A stretch of DNA of 64,000 nt, from the NCBI GenBank assembly GCA_035552655.1, contig DASZLD010000038.1:3165-67164 (forward strand). The letters are read 5' to 3'. A program made the position numbers and the translations under genes. This document shows, piece after piece, positions 44,263 through 54,285 of this stretch (positions within the stretch are counted from its first letter, which is position 1; the number at the start of each line of letters is the position of its first letter). The notes under the pieces were generated by a model. The model did not search any database. It was not told the origin of the DNA and saw nothing but the letters and a program-made list of their open reading frames with translations. Source of the stretch: Acidimicrobiales bacterium (lineage in GTDB: Bacteria; Actinomycetota; Acidimicrobiia; Acidimicrobiales; RAAP-2).

Positions 44263-45039
44263 TCAGCCCAGAAAGAAGGATGTGAGGACGGGCGCCAGCG
44301 CGTCGTCAGCGGCGTTGTGGGTCTGTCCCTCCAGCACGAGATGCTGGCTGTTGGGCACCGCCGCGGCCACGGCTTCGACGGCATCGCGGGCCCACCGGGG
44401 ACTCTCGGCGCCGCTGAGGACCAGGGTAGGAACGTCGAGGGTGGCCAACTGTTCGGCCGGTATGTGCTGATCGCCGAGAATGGCCAGGTCATAGGGCAGG
44501 GTGTGGGCCAACGCCTCGAAGCGGGACCACAAAGGAGCCCCCTTCATCATGGTCACCACCTCCGCCGGTGTTTCGGGCCCTTCGAGCAGGAACAGCTCGG
44601 CCGCCTGGCTGGGCTCATCGGCACCGAGCAGCTGGCTGACCCGCTCAGCCAGTCCTGCCGGTCGGATCCGTGTCCCCTCGACGATGTAGGGCGGTTCGTA
44701 GGCCACCAACCTGGTGGCCGGGAGACCGGCGATGACGGCCTCCAGTGCGAGCGCTGCACCGGAGGAATGGCCGAAGACGAAGGCCGGGCCACCGGCGGCG
44801 GCCGCCACGGCCTGGAGATCCTCGATCTCACGCTCGACCCCATAGGGCGCGGTGTCACCGCTCGACCCCCTGCCGCGACGGTCATAGCGGAACACGGTGA
44901 ACTGAGGGGCAAGCAACGTTGCCAGCGTCTCCGATGTCGCTCGATCGCAGAACGCTCCCACCACCAACACCAGTGCGGGTCCCTCACCCTCCCGATCGAA
45001 GGCGATCGAAGTGCCGTCGGCCGAGCGCGTCGTCTCCAT
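44263..45039 (-). CDS. Alpha/beta hydrolase
   Basis: The nucleophile elbow is GHSSGA. Also has RYDRRGRGSS and a C-terminal His in GQTHNA. I chose ATG at 45039 (METTRS). Confidence 0.8.
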   Translation of the reverse strand: METTRSADGTSIAFDREGEGPALVLVVGAFCDRATSETLATLLAPQFTVFRYDRRGRGSSGDTAPYGVEREIEDLQAVAAAAGGPAFVFGHSSGAALALEAVIAGLPATRLVAYEPPYIVEGTRIRPAGLAERVSQLLGADEPSQAAELFLLEGPETPAEVVTMMKGAPLWSRFEALAHTLPYDLAILGDQHIPAEQLATLDVPTLVLSGAESPRWARDAVEAVAAAVPNSQHLVLEGQTHNAADDALAPVLTSFFLG

Positions 45040-45089
45040 GTCGCTCCCCTGTCGCTCAGGTGCCGGCGTAACCGCCCGGCACGGACTGC

Positions 45090-45302
45090 TCAGCCCGCCC
45101 GCTGGACCTCGACCTCGGCCGTCTGGACTACCGGCTGCTTGTACCAGCGGGCGGAGGTGTCCTCGATGAGGGCGAGCATGGTGTCCATGCCCATGAACTT
45201 GGGCTCGATCCGGGACACGAGCACTTCGGCTCCTGACTCCAGTCGAACACGATCGCCAACCTGTACGTCCGATGCCGGCATGTTCTTCCATGTTTCAGCC
45301 AT
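45090..45302 (-). CDS. Small hypothetical protein (70 aa)
   Basis: ORF immediately upstream of, and co-directional with, the alpha/beta hydrolase. Its composition is balanced (MAETWKNMPASDVQVGDRVRLESGAEVLVSRIEP...). No family was recognised. Confidence 0.45.
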   Translation of the reverse strand: MAETWKNMPASDVQVGDRVRLESGAEVLVSRIEPKFMGMDTMLALIEDTSARWYKQPVVQTAEVEVQRAG

Positions 45303-45364
45303 GCCTCATCCTGCCATCACCCGGCGGCGATCGTCTGGTCGGCGGGACACTAGGTTGACCGTCG

Positions 45365-45778
45365 ATGGGCAAAGTCAGCGTGGCACTCGATCTCGTCATG
45401 GTCCTGGTCTTCGTGGCCATCGGCCGAACCGCCCATGCCCATGGCCTGACCGTCGCCGGCCTGGCCTCGACTGCGTGGCCCTTCCTGGCCGCACTGGCCA
45501 TCGGCTGGCTCATCCTGGCCGCGGGTCGTCGCGACGGCATGACCCTCTCGAGCGGACTTGTGGTGTGGATCTCGACGGTGGCTCTGGGCATGGCCTTCCG
45601 GGTGATCGCCGGTCAGGGCACTGCTGTCGCCTTCGTGTTCGTGGCCCTGGGCTTCCTGGGGCTCACCCTGCTGGGCTGGCGAATCGTGGCCCTGGGCATC
45701 CGGCGCCGGCGGGTAGCCGGTCGAAGCCCGGAAGCTCACCGATCGGCTACCCGAGGAGTGAGTAATCCGTCGGGTTGA
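45365..45778 (+). CDS. DUF3054-like small membrane protein
   Basis: Has four hydrophobic segments and the pattern DL..V.VFV.IGR..H. The 3' end overlaps the convergent NIPSNAP gene by 32 nt. Confidence 0.65.
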   Translation: MGKVSVALDLVMVLVFVAIGRTAHAHGLTVAGLASTAWPFLAALAIGWLILAAGRRDGMTLSSGLVVWISTVALGMAFRVIAGQGTAVAFVFVALGFLGLTLLGWRIVALGIRRRRVAGRSPEAHRSATRGVSNPSG

Positions 45779-46100
45779 GGAACACGGATTCGATCGCCGT
45801 GGTCAGCGAACCTCCGTTTCGCTCCTCGCTCTCGGCCTTGGCCTGTATCCACACCGGATCGGCCCGGAACGAGTCCCACGCCGCTTCGGCTGCATCCCGG
45901 TCGCTGAAGGCCAAGATGTACACGAGTGTGTCGGCGGGGACCTGCTGGCCGTCCTGCGGCGTCCAGAAACCGATCACGGTCATGCCGTGCTTGTCGAACA
46001 AGGGCAGGGTGTGGTCCCGGAACCGCTCGTGCAGGGCGTCAATCTTGCCAGGGACAGCATGGTAGGTGCGGAGTTCGAAGACGCGAGAGGAAGGTGCCAT
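45747..46100 (-). CDS. NIPSNAP family protein
   Basis: The sequence VFELRTYHAVPGKIDALHERFRDHTLPLFDKHGMTVIGFW is a NIPSNAP signature. Confidence 0.8.
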   Translation of the reverse strand: MAPSSRVFELRTYHAVPGKIDALHERFRDHTLPLFDKHGMTVIGFWTPQDGQQVPADTLVYILAFSDRDAAEAAWDSFRADPVWIQAKAESEERNGGSLTTAIESVFLNPTDYSLLG

Positions 46101-46141
46101 CGCCTCACGTTACCGAGTGTTCGACGGGAGGCTCCTCGGTG

Positions 46142-46798
46142 TCAGCGGGCCACGGGGAGGCCGAACATCTCCAGGCAGTCCTCGGACAGGCCCTCGACGA
46201 CGATGTCGTCTCGCCGAGCCGTGGACCATGTGTCCCGGTCCAGTCGCAGGTTGATCATCCGATCGGGTAGCCCTCGCCGGAGCAGCAGCTCCTCGCCGTT
46301 GAACACGTAGCCCAGCGATCGAGACGTAGCCATCGAAGGCTCGTTGTCGAAAAAGGCGCCGCTCAACGCCTCTCGGGCTCCGAGCCCGTCGAAGGCCAGA
46401 TGCAAGATGGCTGACCGCATCTCTTTCCCGATCCCCTGGCCCTGGTACTCCTGGCTCAGCCACGAGCCCGTCTTCACCGACCGGAGGGGACCGAAGTCCG
46501 TAGCCATGAGCTCTTGGACACCGACCGGTCGGCCGTCGACGAAGACGCCGCCCTGGAACCGCCAGTGATGCGGACTCCAGGTCGCCCGTGCCCCCCACCA
46601 GAACTGGAGCGCCTCCCGGTGCCGGTGCGGGAGGGGCCGGTCCGTCCACGGCGTCGAGAAGGGCATCACCGCCGGATCGTGTATCCCGCCATCACTCACA
46701 GCTACGAGCTCGTTCTGTTCGTCGTCGGTGGGAAGACGGATCTCCAGGCGTGGGGTCCTCACCCGCACATCGAAGAGCGGCCAGTACGGGTGGGGCAC
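46142..46798 (-). CDS. GNAT family N-acetyltransferase (RimJ/RimL-like)
   Basis: Contains RTPRLEIRLPTDDE and the acetyl-CoA site QGQGIGKEM. I chose GTG at 46798. The long upstream extension is Arg/Pro-rich and is likely spurious. Confidence 0.75.
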   Translation of the reverse strand: MPHPYWPLFDVRVRTPRLEIRLPTDDEQNELVAVSDGGIHDPAVMPFSTPWTDRPLPHRHREALQFWWGARATWSPHHWRFQGGVFVDGRPVGVQELMATDFGPLRSVKTGSWLSQEYQGQGIGKEMRSAILHLAFDGLGAREALSGAFFDNEPSMATSRSLGYVFNGEELLLRRGLPDRMINLRLDRDTWSTARRDDIVVEGLSEDCLEMFGLPVAR

Positions 46799-46905
46799 GA
46801 CTTCAGTCTTGCACCGCGCCCTCCTCCCATGCGGCCCGGCCGGGTGGCGCTCAGCGCACTGACTCAGACGGATAGAACCGGGCCGCAGTGGGTAAGAAGG
46901 GTCCA

Positions 46906-46929
46906 TTGCCGCCGTGCCAACGGCGGCAA
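46906..46929 (+). promoter_or_regulatory. 9-bp-stem palindrome immediately upstream of the Shine-Dalgarno sequence of the 46948 gene
   Basis: TTGCCGCCG-tgccaa-CGGCGGCAA is followed by ccccAAGGAG and the ATG. It sits in the GNAT/hypothetical divergent intergenic region. Confidence 0.4.
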
Positions 46930-46947
46930 CCCCAAGGAGCCAGTTCA

Positions 46948-47418
46948 ATGGACATCGTTCGCAACTCCGATGGCACCCTCGTCGTCCCGGTGGAGCCGGA
47001 ACGACAGCACCCAACAGAGAGCGACGGGGATACCCCCTCGGACGGGGCCGAAGCCACGCCGGTGGCCACCACCAGGGTGCTCCACCCGGGCGAAGGCGGG
47101 TACGACGAGGCCTTGGCCGAGTGGGACCTGCAGCAGAACCCCGATCGCGAGCCGGTCGTCTCCACCGCTTCTGGTCGCCAAACGGCCATGGCCCTGGTGC
47201 ATGCAGTGGCCACCTCACCCGACCAACCCATTGCCAAGGAGGTGAAGGCCGTCGGCAATTCCGACGCCAGCGGTGAAGCGCTGCGCCACGTGCTCGTTGG
47301 CGGGGTTCACTCGGTTGAGGACTTCGCCAAAGAGGTCGCAGCAGCAGAAGGCGGCGAGCCGCTCTCAGCCCATGAGGCCACCAAGATCATCGGCGAGATC
47401 CTGGCCGAGCTCGATTGA
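46948..47418 (+). CDS. Hypothetical protein (156 aa, acidic N-terminal half)
   Basis: ATG at 46948 follows an AAGGAG Shine-Dalgarno sequence. No family was recognised. It lies immediately upstream of the ABC-F gene. Confidence 0.55.
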   Translation: MDIVRNSDGTLVVPVEPERQHPTESDGDTPSDGAEATPVATTRVLHPGEGGYDEALAEWDLQQNPDREPVVSTASGRQTAMALVHAVATSPDQPIAKEVKAVGNSDASGEALRHVLVGGVHSVEDFAKEVAAAEGGEPLSAHEATKIIGEILAELD

Positions 47419-47432
47419 GGAGCGCGGGGCGC

Positions 47433-47459
47433 CGGCGGTGACGGCGGTGACGGCGGTGC
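47433..47459 (+). repeat. 9-bp tandem repeat x3 in the short spacer before the ABC-F gene
   Basis: cggcggtga cggcggtga cggcggtgc lies between the stop at 47418 and the GTG at 47479. Confidence 0.75.
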
Positions 47460-47478
47460 CCGATACCCTGGGCGCCTC

Positions 47479-49230
47479 GTGGCCGTACTCGTCGATCTCC
47501 AGCAAGTTGCCGTTCGCCGGGTGGACCGGGTCCTGTTCGAACACCTGTCTCTCACCGTCTCCGACGGTGATCGCATCGGCGTGGTGGGCACCAATGGTTC
47601 GGGCAAATCGACCCTGTTGCGCATCGTGGCCGGCGTCGATGACCCCGAGGAGGGCCAGGTCCGACGAGGGCGGGGGACGCGGGTGGGGTTCCTCGACCAG
47701 GTACCCCGGCTTCCGCCCGGTACGGTCCAGGGCGCGGTCGGGGAGGGATGGGAGGCAGAGGCGGCCCTCGACCGTCTGGGCATGGGCACCTCGGCCGACA
47801 TCGATACCGGAGCGCTTTCCGGTGGCCAGTCCAAGCGGGTGGCGCTGGCCCGGGTGCTGGCCCACCCGGCCGAGCTGCTGGTGCTCGACGAACCCACCAA
47901 CCATCTCGATCTGGGTGCCGTGGCTTGGTTGGAGCAGCGCCTGCTGTCCTTCCGCGGCGGCCTGGTGCTGGTCACCCACGACCGTCACCTGCTCGACCGG
48001 CTCACCACCCGGATGCTCGAGCTCGACTCAGGGTCCAGCTACGTGCACGAGGGTGGTTACCAGTCGTACCTGACGGCCAAAGCCGAGCGCGAGGAACGGG
48101 CGGCGTCGGCCGAGTCGACCCGGCGCAACCTGGCCCGCCGCGAACTGGCCTGGCTCCGCCGGGGAGCCCAAGCCCGGTCGCGCAAGCCGCAGGCCCGGAT
48201 CGATGCCGCCGTTCGGCTCATCGAGGGGGGACCGGATGTCCCCGCTCGAACGTCCGAGCTGGAGATGGTCGAGGTCACGCCCCGGCTGGGCGACAAGGTC
48301 ATCGAGTGTGCCGGGGTCGGGTTCCGCTACGACGGCGGGCCCCTGGTCCTGTCGGGGGTCGATCTGGTCCTCGGACGACGGGAGCGCCTGGGCATCGTGG
48401 GGGCCAACGGGTCGGGCAAATCGACCCTGGTCGACCTCCTGGCCGGTCGCCGACAACCCACCGTCGGCACGGTCGAGGTGGGACCGACGGTGGTGGTGGG
48501 CTACTACGACCAACAGGGGATCGAGCTCGATCTTCGGGCTCGGGTGCAGGACCTGGTGGCGGGTCCCCACCGCTCACCGGGCTCCCTGGCCGACGTCGAG
48601 CTGATGAAGCGCTTCTCGTTCACCGGCGAGCTGCCGTTCGCCCGAGTGGGCACCCTGTCGGGCGGTGAACGGCGACGCCTGCAGCTCCTCTTGGTCATCG
48701 CCAGCCGACCCAACGTCCTGTTCCTGGACGAGCCGACCAACGACTTCGACCTCGACACCCTCCGAGTCCTCGAGGACTTCGTCGAGGACTGGCCGGGGGC
48801 GCTGGTGGTGGTCAGCCACGACCGCACGTTCCTGGATCGGACCACCGACCACTTGGTGGCAGTGGAAGCAGACGCAACCGTGTCGGCCGTACCGGGCGGC
48901 GTGGCCGGCTGGGTCGCCCGCGTCGAACACGGCGACGCCCGCCGAGCAGGGTCGCTCCCGCCCCGCTCACCGCGCGACACGCCGGTGGCCCCAGTGGCGA
49001 AGCCGAGTACCGGTGGGAGTCCTCCCATGGGCCGGCTGCTGCGCGAGGCGGAGAAGAACATGGTCCGCTTGCAACGACAGCGGGACAGGATCACCGAGGC
49101 CTTGACCGGTGCGGTCGACCATGTGGCGATGACCCGGTTGGGTGACGAGCTGGCCGACGCCCAGGCCGCGTTGGATGAGGCCGAGGAGCACTGGTTGGAG
49201 CTGGCCGAACAGGCCGAATCGGGCGGGTAA
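47479..49230 (+). CDS. ABC-F family ATPase (Uup/EttA-like, two ABC domains plus a C-terminal coiled coil)
   Basis: Has two Walker A sites (GTNGSGKST, GANGSGKST) and two signatures (LSGGQSKRVALA, LSGGERRRLQL). There is no TM domain. GTG start. Confidence 0.9.
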   Translation: MAVLVDLQQVAVRRVDRVLFEHLSLTVSDGDRIGVVGTNGSGKSTLLRIVAGVDDPEEGQVRRGRGTRVGFLDQVPRLPPGTVQGAVGEGWEAEAALDRLGMGTSADIDTGALSGGQSKRVALARVLAHPAELLVLDEPTNHLDLGAVAWLEQRLLSFRGGLVLVTHDRHLLDRLTTRMLELDSGSSYVHEGGYQSYLTAKAEREERAASAESTRRNLARRELAWLRRGAQARSRKPQARIDAAVRLIEGGPDVPARTSELEMVEVTPRLGDKVIECAGVGFRYDGGPLVLSGVDLVLGRRERLGIVGANGSGKSTLVDLLAGRRQPTVGTVEVGPTVVVGYYDQQGIELDLRARVQDLVAGPHRSPGSLADVELMKRFSFTGELPFARVGTLSGGERRRLQLLLVIASRPNVLFLDEPTNDFDLDTLRVLEDFVEDWPGALVVVSHDRTFLDRTTDHLVAVEADATVSAVPGGVAGWVARVEHGDARRAGSLPPRSPRDTPVAPVAKPSTGGSPPMGRLLREAEKNMVRLQRQRDRITEALTGAVDHVAMTRLGDELADAQAALDEAEEHWLELAEQAESGG

Positions 49231-49248
49231 GTCCGTCCGGTCAAGCGG

Positions 49249-50103
49249 TCAGCGGAACAGCACCTCGGAGACCACTTTGCTCCAGGGTCGGGTGAGCGAT
49301 CGGAGCTCAGCGCAGCCCTCGTCACCAAGGTTGGCGTACGGGGCCGCGGCCAGGCGGTCCGTCTCGGCTTCGATCTCCGCGCGCTGGGCCGCCCCCCACT
49401 CGGTGAACGTCGTCTCGTCGCCGCTGCCGGCGGTCAGCCAGCCTCGCTGGCGCAACGAGCCCACGGCTGCGGCCCATTCCTGATCCGACCACCCGCGGGT
49501 GGAGCGGAGCAGACCCAGGGGCACCTCACCGTCGGCGCCATGGGTGATCAGGGCGTCGATCCCCGACAGGTCATGGGTGACGAGGAGGGCGATGTGGCCG
49601 TCCCCCCTGAACTCGCGCAAGATGGACTGAGCATGCCAGAGGGCCAGGTGGGGCTCCTCGGGCCAGCTGAGCCGGGCGTGGCCGGCACACAGGGGACGGC
49701 CCTCGACCCGAGTGGATGCATCCTCAGCCAGGGTCTGGGCCAGCTCCGCAGCTCGGGCCATCGCATCGGAGTCGACCACGTCGTCACCCAGCAGGCGCCG
49801 GTATGCCCGGTCGACGGCACGCAGGCGGGCCCTCACCAGGTCTTCGGGCGCAGCGATCTCCCACGCACCGGGAATGGCCGCGTGCACCAGGTCGGGCTTG
49901 AAGTTGAAGAAGGTCGAGATCACCACCTCGGCCGATACCGCACCCATGGGGGCGGCGCGCGAGGCGAAGTACCCGTTCGTCCCGGTGATACCCAGCGCGG
50001 CGTACGCCTCAGCCGCTTCGGGAACGAAGTAGATCATCCCGTGGAGCGGCTCCACCGTCCGCCACGTCTTCCGGGCCAGTAGGGCCGCTTCGTTCGTGCT
50101 CAC
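49249..50103 (-). CDS. Conserved hypothetical protein
   Basis: 284 aa with balanced composition and high third-position GC. It looks like a conserved actinobacterial family of unknown function, but the family name is not asserted. Confidence 0.7.
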   Translation of the reverse strand: MSTNEAALLARKTWRTVEPLHGMIYFVPEAAEAYAALGITGTNGYFASRAAPMGAVSAEVVISTFFNFKPDLVHAAIPGAWEIAAPEDLVRARLRAVDRAYRRLLGDDVVDSDAMARAAELAQTLAEDASTRVEGRPLCAGHARLSWPEEPHLALWHAQSILREFRGDGHIALLVTHDLSGIDALITHGADGEVPLGLLRSTRGWSDQEWAAAVGSLRQRGWLTAGSGDETTFTEWGAAQRAEIEAETDRLAAAPYANLGDEGCAELRSLTRPWSKVVSEVLFR

Positions 50104-50129
50104 ACTTCCCCCCCGTTCCTCGTCTCGGC

Positions 50130-50483
50130 CTAAGGATGGCTCAAGACGTTGACCACATGCCCGTCAGGATCTCGAACGAAGAAGCGGCGCACACCCCATG
50201 GCTCATCGGTCAGGGGGTGCACGATCTCAGCCTTGGCCTCCAGGGCCTCGGCGTACACGGCATCGACGTCGTCGACCTGGATGGACACATCGGGGTTCAC
50301 CGGTGCCGTCTCGTCATGGGTCACCAAGCTGAGTTGGGCACCGGGCTGCTGGTCGGGATGGGCCAGCGTGACGATCCACCCATGGTCCATGACCGGCTGC
50401 AGGCCGAACAGGGAGCGGTAGAAGGCAGTGGTCTGGACCACAGACCGGCAGGCGAGATCGGGCACGACCCGGCGAACACTCAT
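50130..50483 (-). CDS. VOC/glyoxalase family protein
   Basis: Contains FYRSLFGL...WGVRRFFVRDPDGHVVNV. I chose ATG at 50483 (MSVRRV). The upstream extension is Ser/Pro/Arg-rich and is likely spurious. Confidence 0.8.
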   Translation of the reverse strand: MSVRRVVPDLACRSVVQTTAFYRSLFGLQPVMDHGWIVTLAHPDQQPGAQLSLVTHDETAPVNPDVSIQVDDVDAVYAEALEAKAEIVHPLTDEPWGVRRFFVRDPDGHVVNVLSHP

Positions 50484-50550
50484 GGCACGATCATCCCTCC
50501 CATGGCCCCAGACAACCAGCCCGGCTCGCTCACCCGGGTTCGACGACGGG

Positions 50551-52470
50551 TCACCGTTCGAGCTCGGACTCCGGTTCAGCCCGGCCCTGCAACATGGAGA
50601 TGATGGCGTCGGCGGCATCTTCGGGCAGCACCTGGGTGGTATCGATGTGCATCTCCGGATCGGCCGGTCGCTCATAGGGGGAGTCGACGCCGGTGAAGTT
50701 GAAGAGCTCACCCCGCCGCGCCTTTCTGAACAGACCCTTGGGATCGCGAGATTCGGCGACAGCCAGGGGCGTATCCACGAAGACCTCGATGAACTCGCCC
50801 GGTTGCACACAGGACCGTGCGAATTCGCGCTCGGCCCGGAACGGAGAGATGAAGGAGGCAATGACGATCAGGCCGGCGTCGACCATGAGGCTGGCCACTT
50901 CGGCGATGCGGCGGATGTTCTCGACCCGGTCCGCATCGGTGAAGCCCAGATCCTTGTTCAGGCCATGGCGGACATTGTCGCCGTCGAGCAGATAGGTGTG
51001 ACGTCCGAGCCGGTGGAGCTTGCGTTCGACGATGTTGGCAATGGTGGACTTTCCCGCTCCCGAGAACCCGGTCAGCCAGATGAGGGCGGGGCGCTGAGCC
51101 TTCAGGGCCGAGCGTGCCTCCTTGTGGACCTCGACCGCCTGCCAATGGATGTTGGCCGACCGTCGCAGGGCGAAGTGCAAGAGCCCGGCGCCGACGGTGG
51201 CGTTGTCGAAACGGTCGATGAGGATGAAGCCACCCATCTCGCGGTTCTCGGTGTAGGGGTCGAAGGCGATGGGCCGGTCGAGGTTGATGTTGCCCACTCC
51301 GATGTCGTTGAGATCGAGGGTGGCCGCCGCCGTGTGCTCCATGGTGTTGACGTTCACCTTGTACTTGGGATGAGCGAGCGTGGCGCCGACGGTACGGGTG
51401 CCGATCTTGAGCAGGTAGGGACGTCCGGGGAGCATGGGGTGCTCGCTCATCCAGACAATGTGAGCTTCGAACTGATCGGCCACCTCGGGTGGGTCGGCTT
51501 CTGACGCCAGGACGTCGCCCCGGCTGACGTCGATCTCGTCAATGAGCGTGATCGTGATCGACTCGCCGGTCACGGCCTCGTCGACATCACTGCCGTTCAG
51601 GATGACGCGGGCGATCGACGTTCGTCGCCCCGACGGTAGGACGCGGACGGGGTCACCGGGATGGACGGTGCCCCGTACCACCCGACCACAGAAGCCGCGG
51701 AAGTCGAGATCGGGACGGTTCACCCACTGGATGGGCATGCGAAACGGTTCGGCCTGGACCGTCCCGTCGACCTCCACCGTCTCCAGGTGGTCGATCAGGG
51801 TCGGCCCCGAGTACCACGGCGTGCGCGGGCTCGGCTCGGTGATGTTGTCGCCCCGCAGCGCTGACAGGGGGATGGCGGTCACGTCATGCAGACCGATCTC
51901 GGAGGCGAAGGACCGGTACTCGTCGCTGATGGTCCGGAACACGTCTTCGGAGTAGTCGCACAGGTCGAGCTTGTTGATGGCCAGCACCACGTGCCTGATC
52001 CCCAGCAGCGAGACCAGATAGCTATGGCGCCGGGTCTGGGTCAGGACGCCTCTGCGGGCGTCGATCAGGATCACGGCCAGATCAGCCGTCGATGCGCCGG
52101 TCACCATGTTCCGCGTGTACTGCTCGTGGCCCGGCGTATCGGCCACGATGAACTTGCGTGCCTCGGTGGAGAAGAACCGGTAGGCCACGTCGATGGTGAT
52201 GCCCTGTTCCCGCTCGGCCGCCAGCCCATCGACCAGGAGGGCGAAGTCGAGCTCGCCCCCTTGGGTGCCGATGGTGCGGGAGTCGGCCTCCAGCGCCGTC
52301 AGGTGGTCCTCGAAGATGAGCTTCGACTCGTACAGGAGGCGACCGATGAGTGTGCTCTTCCCGTCATCCACGCTGCCGCAGGTGATGAACCGGAGCATCG
52401 ATTTGCGCTCGTGGGCGTCCAGATAGTCATCGATGTCGCCGATGGCCAGGTCGCCGTGAGCGTGGGCCAT
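50551..52470 (-). CDS. cysNC: Bifunctional sulfate adenylyltransferase subunit 1 (CysN GTPase) / adenylylsulfate kinase (CysC)
   Basis: The GTPase motifs are GSVDDGKST and DTPGHEQY. The C-terminal APS-kinase P-loop is GFSGAGKSTIA. 639 aa. Confidence 0.9.
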   Translation of the reverse strand: MAHAHGDLAIGDIDDYLDAHERKSMLRFITCGSVDDGKSTLIGRLLYESKLIFEDHLTALEADSRTIGTQGGELDFALLVDGLAAEREQGITIDVAYRFFSTEARKFIVADTPGHEQYTRNMVTGASTADLAVILIDARRGVLTQTRRHSYLVSLLGIRHVVLAINKLDLCDYSEDVFRTISDEYRSFASEIGLHDVTAIPLSALRGDNITEPSPRTPWYSGPTLIDHLETVEVDGTVQAEPFRMPIQWVNRPDLDFRGFCGRVVRGTVHPGDPVRVLPSGRRTSIARVILNGSDVDEAVTGESITITLIDEIDVSRGDVLASEADPPEVADQFEAHIVWMSEHPMLPGRPYLLKIGTRTVGATLAHPKYKVNVNTMEHTAAATLDLNDIGVGNINLDRPIAFDPYTENREMGGFILIDRFDNATVGAGLLHFALRRSANIHWQAVEVHKEARSALKAQRPALIWLTGFSGAGKSTIANIVERKLHRLGRHTYLLDGDNVRHGLNKDLGFTDADRVENIRRIAEVASLMVDAGLIVIASFISPFRAEREFARSCVQPGEFIEVFVDTPLAVAESRDPKGLFRKARRGELFNFTGVDSPYERPADPEMHIDTTQVLPEDAADAIISMLQGRAEPESELER

Positions 52471-53372
52471 CAGAAGTACCCCTCTTGCTTCTTGCGCTCC
52501 ATGGAGCCGCTCGAGTCGTGGTCGATGACCCGGCCCTGCCGTTCCGAGGTGGCGGTCAGCAGCATCTCCTGGATCACCTTGGCCAGGGTGTCGGCCTCGC
52601 TCTCGATCGCGCCGGTGAGCGGGTAGCAGCCCAGCGTGCGGAAACGCACGCTCTTCAGCATCGGCGTCTCCCCGGGGGCCAGCCGCATCCGTTCGTCGTC
52701 GACCATGATGAGCGTGCCGTCCCGTTCCACCACCGGTCGCGGCGCGGCCAGGTAGAGCGGGACGATGGGGATCTCCTCCCGGTAGATGAACTGCCAGACA
52801 TCGAGCTCGGTCCAGTTCGAGAGGGGGAAGACCCGGATGCTCTCACCGTTGTTCCGACGCACGTTGTAGAGGTGCCATAGCTCCGGACGTTGGAGCTTGG
52901 GGTCCCATCGGTGCTGGTCGGAGCGGAGGGAGAAGACGCGCTCCTTGGCCCGCGACTTCTCCTCGTCCCGCCGAGCCCCACCGAAGGCGGCATCGAAACC
53001 GTAGCGATCGAGCGCCTGCTTGAGCCCCTGGGTCTTCCACATGTCGGTGTGGAGGGCCGATCCGTGATCGAAGGGGTTGATGCCGCGCTCGACGCACTCC
53101 TCGTTGCGGTAGACGATGAGCTCGAGGCCGAGCTTCTCGACCAGAGCGTCGCGGAACGCGTACATGGCCTGAAATTTCCACGTGGTATCGACATGCAGCA
53201 GGGGAAACGGCGGCTTGGCCGGAGCGAAGGCCTTCATGGCCAGATGGAGCATGACCGCGCTGTCCTTGCCGATGGAATAGAGCATCACCGGTCGGTCGCT
53301 CTCGGCCACCGCCTCGCGGATGATCTGGATGGACTCGGCTTCCAGCTCCTCGAGATGGGTCAGCCGTTTCAC
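52470..53372 (-). CDS. cysD: Sulfate adenylyltransferase subunit 2 CysD
   Basis: The sequence [19 protein letters not shown]...[17 protein letters not shown] is the PAPS-reductase-like ATP-PPase motif of CysD. Its stop shares 1 nt with the cysNC start. Confidence 0.9.
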   Translation of the reverse strand: MKRLTHLEELEAESIQIIREAVAESDRPVMLYSIGKDSAVMLHLAMKAFAPAKPPFPLLHVDTTWKFQAMYAFRDALVEKLGLELIVYRNEECVERGINPFDHGSALHTDMWKTQGLKQALDRYGFDAAFGGARRDEEKSRAKERVFSLRSDQHRWDPKLQRPELWHLYNVRRNNGESIRVFPLSNWTELDVWQFIYREEIPIVPLYLAAPRPVVERDGTLIMVDDERMRLAPGETPMLKSVRFRTLGCYPLTGAIESEADTLAKVIQEMLLTATSERQGRVIDHDSSGSMERKKQEGYF

Positions 53373-53379
53373 CGTGGAC

Positions 53380-54144
53380 CTACCCCCGCCGGGCCAACGC
53401 AGCCAGCGCCGGCTCGGCCAGCGAGGGATGGCACACCACCAGGTCGGGGAGCCATGGGTCGGGGAGGCCGTAGCGCAACGGCGAGCCGTCGAGGCGGCTG
53501 GCGTGCAGCCCGCTGGCTAGGGCCACGGCCACCGGTGCGGCCGAGTCCCACTCGTACTGCCCCCCGGCGTGGACGTAGATGTCGGCGTCGCCCAGTATCA
53601 CCGCGGCGATCTTGGCTCCGGCCGAGCCCATGGGGATGACGGTGGCACCCAACCGCTCGGCCACCTGGGTGACCACGGCCGGCGGCCTCGAGCGGCTGAC
53701 CACCAGACGGGGCACGGGAGCCGCTTCCGGCAACGGTGGCGGTGCCGACGTCCCCAGCACGATCCCCCGGGCCGGGAGGGCAACGGCACCGACGGCCGGG
53801 CGACCCTCGATGGCCAGGGCCACATGGACGGCCCAGTCCTCTCGCCGCTCGCCGTACTCCCGGGATCCGTCCAACGGGTCGATGATCCACAGCCGATCGC
53901 CCCCGGGTGAGTCGAGTCCCTCTTCCGACCGGACGGGGTCATCGGGGAAGCGGCTGGCCAGCTCGGCCATCAGGAACTGCTGCGATCGGCGGTCCCCCTC
54001 GTCGCTCAGCGACCGACCCGAGTGCTGCGACTGGGACTCGAGGTCCAGGAGCACCGCCCCTGCCCGCTGGGCCAGATCGGTGGCGGCATCGTGTACGGCT
54101 GGGCTGGCCGGAACGTCTTGCAGTGGCTCGATGGCGTGCACCAT
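53380..54144 (-). CDS. cysQ: 3'(2'),5'-bisphosphate nucleotidase CysQ (inositol monophosphatase family)
   Basis: Has the IMPase motifs [12 protein letters not shown] and WDSAAP. It sits directly upstream of cysD-cysNC in the same orientation. Confidence 0.8.
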   Translation of the reverse strand: MVHAIEPLQDVPASPAVHDAATDLAQRAGAVLLDLESQSQHSGRSLSDEGDRRSQQFLMAELASRFPDDPVRSEEGLDSPGGDRLWIIDPLDGSREYGERREDWAVHVALAIEGRPAVGAVALPARGIVLGTSAPPPLPEAAPVPRLVVSRSRPPAVVTQVAERLGATVIPMGSAGAKIAAVILGDADIYVHAGGQYEWDSAAPVAVALASGLHASRLDGSPLRYGLPDPWLPDLVVCHPSLAEPALAALARRG

Positions 54145-54285
54145 AGTCCTCGTCGGTGGCCCTGGTCTGGGCGTTAAGACACGAGACTATATTAGATCAT
54201 GTCTCACCCGCTAACCTTCCCCGGTAACCTTCGACCGGCCAGACCCGGGTGCAGGAATCGGCCGTCGACCCGGCCAAGGAGCTCC

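Noticed and set aside
54170-54200. A leaderless start for the second TetR at 54199 (TATATT 5 nt upstream).
   Set aside because: ATG 54286 has a strong AAGGAG Shine-Dalgarno sequence at ideal spacing and gives a normal-length TetR N-terminus. The 29 extra residues from 54199 are Pro/Arg-rich. The TATATT may still be the promoter -10 box of a leadered transcript.
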